Source: Candidatus Aenigmatarchaeota archaeon
GTDB taxonomy: Archaea > Aenigmatarchaeota > Aenigmatarchaeia > QMZP01
DNA: 33,098 bases
Reading direction: 5' to 3'
Assembly (NCBI GenBank): GCA_017609225.1
Contig: JAFCEK010000002.1
Location: 1 to 33,098 of the forward strand
The notes below the pieces were generated by a model. That model saw nothing but the letters and a program-made list of their open reading frames with translations. It was not told the origin of the DNA and searched no databases. Positions 29,001 to 33,098 of this stretch are shown here, piece after piece. Made by a program: the position numbers and the translations under genes. Within the stretch, counting starts at the first letter, position 1. Every line of letters begins with the position of its first letter.

Positions 29001-29381
29001 AAAGAGATAAAAGACCTGAAGGATTTTGTTAAAGGGTTTGTTAATGTGTTTCTGGGCATTGCTTCATTTTTTGCTCCTTTTTGTGCTCTGGAAATAGCCA
29101 CAGGAGGATTGCTGCTGTGGTTTGGTGTGGCTTCATGTGTCTGGGCTGCTGTTGCTAGTTGTATGGCTTCCTGCATTAGTGCAACTATTATACCGCTTAT
29201 TGATGATACCCTGGAAGAAGCAGAAGGTATGAAAGCCAATATAGAATCCAGATGCCAGGCCACAGATCTTGACAGCCTTAACAGCGGTATTATTGGGATG
29301 TTTGATAAAAGCGAAAGGATATCAACACTTGTTTCGGGTGTAACATGTGCTGTCTGCTTTATAGCAGCCATTTTCCTTTAG
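26076..29381 (+). CDS. Large secreted protein with four CGxxxC...E...CCxDCAC repeats and a C-terminal coiled-coil/hydrophobic region
   Basis: Signal peptide; Cys repeats begin at 26898, 27363, 27888 and 28425 and are separated by beta-rich domains; hydrophobic C-terminus. The start overlaps the upstream stop; 26091 is an alternative. Confidence 0.82.
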   Translation: MLDYRMFNLAVVFFAAYLLISLTMVQATNINIYVAGISFGTVEYKPEKLVKREIRIEKTDPFWNSANVFMNISVREGEMKAAYIYKCRGLQPHECIKSGFYDSFIPENGLWFAKNYQWSELADTSVPPSPENPQKAKIIMLIELETETGERWVGFFDEIKRTDFSFPEPWLFNYSLNEAELHVNMDYATQIESFVQGKEMIPFNPEWTEKIVFSGTEKAYEFQAESPPGFQADDVYNHSTNTITNISKEYSFALPYTDGIVYNPIVLNLNPSFTCGNGQCETELGESSANCCYDCACTAGYYCDASSPCKRIDGITLDLYGKQNTHITSCSESHVVNITLRLNNPPFGMQFIGKQYILAGQTYTAACEGGPSVYICHIPVPADPKCDEGTYNIGPNYIIFNITFPDGPRNPIKKDLVVQFPNITVASWECGNNMCETELGESSANCCYDCACTAGYYCDWYDGSGTCKPEVTDSNLLISFVNPRVFNSSLQGQEHFNLIAQILNRPDSLVSNPEASCAIDCRYNLTSICTAACSISCAEEAGGPNPNIYNSSCEISFDILNYNQSRNYILYPEMNYIISYKNGSASITKTLTGSIDTITLGPHRCGDGECTPDESMETCCYDCACTAGYYCYTENPGYPGLYDECRNESGISMQITTNSPTVFSDSSAEHTINITINISNKPGGTVIEGKICKLGGLENGVACFLSCSDDVSSSPENYVMNCNITVPAINYLTSPFYNNQTKKLEFSSNSIRISIRFNDGSRGYATKELNGEFDDVVITPEFYCGNHVCEDSLETPETASNCCVDCACKQDPLFGSEYFCLISSENPGGTCIHMTDIGLVIDDPDTAKCTISNIGDGCLFMHAVNFNAEIVNAPHDVQIISSYYTYDGIDYALTCMQDSMNHTNYSCSFVIPHPEGPQEGSMVKNVDVNFVVRYTDGNELITQNISGSFSLYIKMEKTSDVRTCEAQLNEIEEDIKEIKDLKDFVKGFVNVFLGIASFFAPFCALEIATGGLLLWFGVASCVWAAVASCMASCISATIIPLIDDTLEEAEGMKANIESRCQATDLDSLNSGIIGMFDKSERISTLVSGVTCAVCFIAAIFL
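26919..27968 (+). repeat. Intragenic nucleotide-identical repeats
   Basis: 59 bp are identical at 26928-26986 and 27393-27451. The 39-bp core TGCTGCTATGACTGTGCATGCACAGCAGGATATTACTGC is identical at 26946, 27411 and 27930. Confidence 0.95.
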
Positions 29382-29432
29382 GAACATGACAACTAAGCCA
29401 AATCCTGCCCGGGCTTCAAAATTTTCAAAAAA

Positions 29433-29900
29433 TTACCCGAACAGGCTGCTTAGTCCTGCTGCTGCCTCTTCAGCTTTCTTGGCAGAATCTTCCTCTTTCT
29501 TTTCTTCCTTTTTTTCCTCTGTTTTTTCTGCTGCTGGTGCTGCTGATGGGACTGCAACTGCCTGCTTTACTGCTTCATCTATGTTGACTCCTTCAAGGCT
29601 TGCAACAAGAGCCTTGACCTGTGCTTCATCCGGTTTCTCTCCTGTAGCCTCTATTACCTTTTTTACTCCCTGTTCATCAACAGGCTTTCCGGCTGAATGG
29701 AGAAGCAATGCAGCATATACATAGTTTACCTTGGGTTCTGCCTTTGCTTCCTCTGGTTTTTCTTCGGGTTTTTGCTCTTTTGCATTTTCCTTGGATTCTT
29801 TCTGCTCTTCTGGTTTTGCCTCTTCATTTGAAGCTTCCTGCTTTGGCTCCTCTTTTGGCTCTTCCTTTTTTTCAGCTTCTGGTTTGTTTTCCTCTGTCAT
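29433..29900 (-). CDS. rpl12: Ribosomal stalk protein P1 (aL12) with a 57-aa acidic N-terminal extension
   Basis: [27 protein letters not shown] and C-terminal [12 protein letters not shown] motifs; GGAGGTG RBS before ATG 29900. Confidence 0.95.
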   Translation of the reverse strand: MTEENKPEAEKKEEPKEEPKQEASNEEAKPEEQKESKENAKEQKPEEKPEEAKAEPKVNYVYAALLLHSAGKPVDEQGVKKVIEATGEKPDEAQVKALVASLEGVNIDEAVKQAVAVPSAAPAAEKTEEKKEEKKEEDSAKKAEEAAAGLSSLFG

Positions 29901-29925
29901 CTATTACACCTCCGTTTTTATCTGT

Positions 29926-30759
29926 TCATTTTATTTTTTCCTTGAGTGCCGCTGCATGGGCACTGGCACAGGCAAGCATCTGGGCTATATTTTCCTGGGT
30001 TGGTATGCCTGCCTCCAATGATAATGAAAGTGCCTCATTATATGCCTTTGATATCAGTATTGAAATGTTTTCTGGAGTAAAGTAATTTATATTTATTGAA
30101 AGATTGAATCCCTGGGATGCGCAGGATTTTAGTGCATCCAAATATGCATCCTTTGGTATGAACAGTATATCTTTTGTATATATGGTCCCGTTTTCCCAGG
30201 CAGCTGCAAGATTCAGGCCGAGATTCATGGGATTAATTCCAAGCTTTGAAAGAACATCTGCAAGCTCTTTGCTTATTTCATCTCCCTCTTTTGCCACAAC
30301 AGTGTCCTCTTTTACAACAATTTTTTCTGCCTCAACGCCTGCCGGGATTTTAACCTTCTGAAGCTCTCCTATAACAGGTCCCGGAGCAAGGTTTGTGGGA
30401 CCTGCCCTGACAACAATATCATTGGGTGCTATGTCACCAGGTTTGGCAGGCGCCTCTGATTTTGATTCTTCTATTATTCTTGCAAGCTTGAACGGATTTT
30501 CACTGCTGAACAGGAATGCCGGCTCACCTTCTATATATGCCTCAAGTCCTGACAGCCCCTTCTTTTTTGCTTCCTTGAGTATGATTTTTATAAGCCTCTT
30601 TTTGACCATTTTTATTACTGCCTTTCCTCTCAGCTTTTCTCTTATCTGATGGAGCTGCCTGGCAGGCAGTTTGTGCATATTCAGTATTCCTATAACAGGG
30701 TATTTCTCCATCTTTTCCTTAACCTCTTTCACTGTTTTTATTTTCTTTTTACTTACCAT
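29926..30759 (-). CDS. rpl10: Ribosomal protein uL10 (P0), lacking the acidic C-terminal tail
   Basis: LPARQLHQIREKLRG, NPFKL, APAKPGDIAPNDIVVRAGPT and LSKLGINP motifs; position between rpl1 and rpl12. Confidence 0.96.
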   Translation of the reverse strand: MVSKKKIKTVKEVKEKMEKYPVIGILNMHKLPARQLHQIREKLRGKAVIKMVKKRLIKIILKEAKKKGLSGLEAYIEGEPAFLFSSENPFKLARIIEESKSEAPAKPGDIAPNDIVVRAGPTNLAPGPVIGELQKVKIPAGVEAEKIVVKEDTVVAKEGDEISKELADVLSKLGINPMNLGLNLAAAWENGTIYTKDILFIPKDAYLDALKSCASQGFNLSININYFTPENISILISKAYNEALSLSLEAGIPTQENIAQMLACASAHAAALKEKIK

Positions 30760-30772
30760 ACTACTACCTCTT

Positions 30773-31603
30773 TTACCTGAATGGAACCTTTACAGCCGGT
30801 CCCATTGTTAGTTTGACATGCACGGATTTTATATTGTTAACGCCTTTTGGCAGTTTTTCTTTTATTGACTCCAGCACAGCATCCGCATTTGCAGCCACAT
30901 CATCATCAGGCATTTTTTCTGAACCAATAACCATATGAACTACAGGGCTTTCTTTGAGAGAGATTCTGATTGTTTTGTTTGCCATAGCAACAAAGGGTTC
31001 TATTTTTGCATTCGGTGGTACTGGCTTTGGCACCTTGCCTCTCGGGCCAAGAACTGCTCCAAGGCTTTTACCAATCAGCGGCATGAGTGAAACCTCGCTG
31101 TAAAACCAGTCATATTCATTGGCTATTTTCTTCATTTTTTTTCTGTCCTTTGCGAGTTTTTCTATCTCATTCTTGCTTACAACAAGTCCTATCCCTTCTG
31201 CTTTTTTTGCCAATGTTGTAAGGCTGTCTGTAAACATTGCTATTTTAACTGGCTTGCCTCTTCCCTTTGGAAGTGAAAAATCATAACTGAATCTGTTTTC
31301 GGGTTTTTTCAGGTTTATATCCTTCAGATTAACAGAGATTGTCCATGTCTGCTCAAAATTTCTTTTTTTTGAGTTTTCCCTTGCCTTTTTTATGCCATCA
31401 AGCACTGTCTTTATTTTGGTTTTTTCTTCATTCTCCGGGCTGGGTTTTTCAGGCACAGAGCCCTGGCTGCCCTTTTTTTTAATTTTTGCCTTTTCAATCC
31501 TTTCCGCATCAGAACCAGCAGTACTGGGTTTTTTGGTTGCTTCTTCTGAATCAGTATGCCCTAGCCTTTTCTCTGCCTTCCTAGCGGGTTGTTCCCTGTC
31601 CAT
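30773..31603 (-). CDS. rpl1: Ribosomal protein uL1 with a ~60-aa charged N-terminal extension
   Basis: KKRNFEQT, LPKGRGK, MPLIGKSLGAVLGPRGKVP and VKLTMGP motifs; GGAGG RBS before ATG 31603. Confidence 0.96.
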   Translation of the reverse strand: MDREQPARKAEKRLGHTDSEEATKKPSTAGSDAERIEKAKIKKKGSQGSVPEKPSPENEEKTKIKTVLDGIKKARENSKKRNFEQTWTISVNLKDINLKKPENRFSYDFSLPKGRGKPVKIAMFTDSLTTLAKKAEGIGLVVSKNEIEKLAKDRKKMKKIANEYDWFYSEVSLMPLIGKSLGAVLGPRGKVPKPVPPNAKIEPFVAMANKTIRISLKESPVVHMVIGSEKMPDDDVAANADAVLESIKEKLPKGVNNIKSVHVKLTMGPAVKVPFR

Positions 31604-31607
31604 TGCA

Positions 31608-31648
31608 ATCCTCCTACCGAAGTAGTATGAAAGCATCCTGCTTTGGAT
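31608..31648 (-). promoter_or_regulatory. Candidate structured 5' leader of the rpl1-rpl10-rpl12 operon
   Basis: AUCC[AAAGCA-GGA-UGCUUU]CAUA[CUAC-UUCG-GUAG]GA-GGAU can fold into a three-way junction covering the RBS. TATA box TTTATAAATA at 31680-31671. Confidence 0.5.
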
Positions 31649-31718
31649 GTTATGAATATTAGCATGGAAGTATTTATAAACTTTAGGTGCTTTCTCCCAA
31701 TAACTTTTATGTTAATGC

Positions 31719-32216
31719 TTATTTTCTTGCCCTTATTTTTTTCATTCTTTCCTTCAGGGTTTCATGCTTTCTTTCAAGGGCTTTAAGCCTTTTTTCTGTC
31801 TGCTGCCTTTTTTTGAACTCCTGCACAATAACCTTTGTTGCATCATTCAGCCGGTTTTCAATTTCCACCATCTTTCTTATCAAATCCCTCTGCGTTTTTT
31901 CTATTTTTTCATCAAGGTCTGCCCTTTTCACATCAAGATGGTAAAGCCTGTTTTCATGCCTTTCCTTCAGGTTGCGCGTCAGCGAATGGCTCTTGTCCAT
32001 CCAGTTTGTAAGATATCTTATGCTTTCAGCAAATTCCTTTTTTTGTCTTTCAAATTCCCTGTTTGAAAGCTCTTCATTGATTTTATGTATGCCTATGACT
32101 ATTACCATCAGGCCGAATGCTATATCCAGAAAGAATATATTAAACGCTGTCTGGAATATTATTGCTGCTCCAAGTATTACAAACAATATCCAGAATATTG
32201 TATTCCAGGTTATCAT
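31719..32216 (-). CDS. Uncharacterised 2-TM plus coiled-coil protein inserted between rpl11 and rpl1
   Basis: 165-aa ORF with two N-terminal TM helices and a K/E/R-rich heptad tail; own GAAAGGTTTAAAT promoter-like motif about 25 bp upstream. Confidence 0.75.
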   Translation of the reverse strand: MITWNTIFWILFVILGAAIIFQTAFNIFFLDIAFGLMVIVIGIHKINEELSNREFERQKKEFAESIRYLTNWMDKSHSLTRNLKERHENRLYHLDVKRADLDEKIEKTQRDLIRKMVEIENRLNDATKVIVQEFKKRQQTEKRLKALERKHETLKERMKKIRARK

Positions 32217-32255
32217 GTTTCGCTATTAAACAGTAAATAATTTAAACCTTTCGCT

Positions 32256-32879
32256 CTATTTGTCCTGCTTTTCCTCGGGTTTTTCCTTTGTTTCAGCTGG
32301 TTTTTCTTCTGCTGCTTCTGCCTCTGCTTCGGCTGGCTTTTCCTTTTCTTCAGCCTCTGCCGGCGCCTCCTCTTCAGTTGTCTTTGCCCTTGCCGACTCC
32401 TTTGCTGCCTCTTCCTCTGCCCTTTGTTTGTCCAGCTCTTCGTATCTTTTAAGCTCCTCTTCTGTTATGGCGCCTTTTCCTATTGTCACGCCCATGCTCC
32501 TTGCTGTTCCTTTTACCTGGTTCAGGAATTGCGGGTCATCAGAACCGAATTTCATTTTTGATATTTTCTTTACCTGCTCCTCTGTCAGGTCACCAACCCT
32601 TTTTATGCCAGGCATGTCGCAGCCCTTGTTTATGTCAATCTCTTTTTTTATCAGCGCTGAAACCGGTGGCGTTCCAACCTCTATTTCAAATGTTTTCTTT
32701 TCTGTATCAACTATAACCTTAACCGGCACCTGCATTCCCTTAAGCTCGCCTGTTTTCTCATTTATGCTGTCTATAACCTCTTTTATGTTTACACCCAGAG
32801 GTCCCAGTGCAGGACCGAGCGGCGGGCCTGCTGATGCCTTTCCTCCTTCCACCATTGCTGAAACTGTTTGCTTTGGCAT
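32256..32879 (-). CDS. rpl11: Ribosomal protein uL11 with an acidic C-terminal extension
   Basis: [40 protein letters not shown] and GTARSMGVT motifs. Confidence 0.97.
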   Translation of the reverse strand: MPKQTVSAMVEGGKASAGPPLGPALGPLGVNIKEVIDSINEKTGELKGMQVPVKVIVDTEKKTFEIEVGTPPVSALIKKEIDINKGCDMPGIKRVGDLTEEQVKKISKMKFGSDDPQFLNQVKGTARSMGVTIGKGAITEEELKRYEELDKQRAEEEAAKESARAKTTEEEAPAEAEEKEKPAEAEAEAAEEKPAETKEKPEEKQDK

Positions 32880-32921
32880 ATTACACCAACATTTCTTTTT
32901 AAAAGAAACAACTATTTAAAT

Positions 32922-33098
32922 TTATTCTTCTTTCTTTTCCTTCTTCTTTTCGCCAGGCTCTTCTGTTTCAGGGCCTTCTTTGATTATTTCTGCCTGCTCT
33001 GGTTCTGTTTTTTCCGGCTCTTTTGGCGGATATTCCTCTTCTCCTTCTTTTATAAGATGCTCTCCCTCCCTTGCCTCTTCTTCTATGGCTTCCATTGG
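32922..33098 (-). CDS. 3' end of an unidentified gene with a Glu/Pro/Lys-rich tail (truncated by the window edge)
   Basis: Open frame from 33098 to TAA at 32922 encodes PMEAIEEEAREGEHLIKEGEEEYPPKEPEKTEPEQAEIIKEGPETEEPGEKKKEKKEE*; it is absent from the supplied ORF track. Confidence 0.6.
   Translation of the reverse strand, partial: PMEAIEEEAREGEHLIKEGEEEYPPKEPEKTEPEQAEIIKEGPETEEPGEKKKEKKEE

Noticed and set aside
32260-32919. 219-aa plus-strand Ser/Phe/Ala-rich ORF (likewise 29386-29724, 2213-2848, 9973-10572, 13802-14362, 21087-21677)
   Set aside because: These are antisense to well-supported genes, and their composition mirrors the codons of the real strand.
32922-33098. Calling the truncated gene spt5/nusG from its position upstream of rpl11
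   Set aside because: Only a low-complexity acidic tail is visible, with no KOW or NGN motif to support the name.

Overview
Archaeal chromosomal segment, most likely from a DPANN archaeon and possibly Aenigmarchaeota-like. This is inferred from the archaeal secF-secD order, the archaeal-type AlaRS and ribosomal stalk genes, a KRGQ class III signal-peptide protein and large, heavily glycosylatable surface proteins. From left to right it holds: a partial GT4/AglH-like gene; two small uncharacterised membrane proteins; a CorB/CNNM transporter; a ~1310-aa surface glycoprotein; secD/secF; a lipid block (B12-binding radical SAM divergent from a geranylgeranyl reductase, then DUF35, thiolase and HMG-CoA synthase); a WbpB/WbpE/WbpD-like diamino-sugar cluster with a PIG-L deacetylase and an ATP-grasp ligase; a nitroreductase; alaS; a two-gene Cys-rich surface operon; and the rpl11-(inserted gene)-rpl1-rpl10-rpl12 cluster. 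No tRNA, rRNA, CRISPR array, integrase or transposase was recognised. The strongest unexplained signals are: (i) nucleotide-identical Cys-repeat blocks separating divergent domains in a putative adhesin with a hydrophobic-hairpin C-terminus; (ii) two gene-3'-end duplications, each bracketing a ~55-bp hairpin spacer; (iii) three degenerate ~70-bp repeats splitting the thiolase-DUF35 operon; (iv) a candidate structured rpl1 leader; (v) a possible lipid-tailoring radical SAM/GGR pair. All calls are by-eye motif recognition without database searches.
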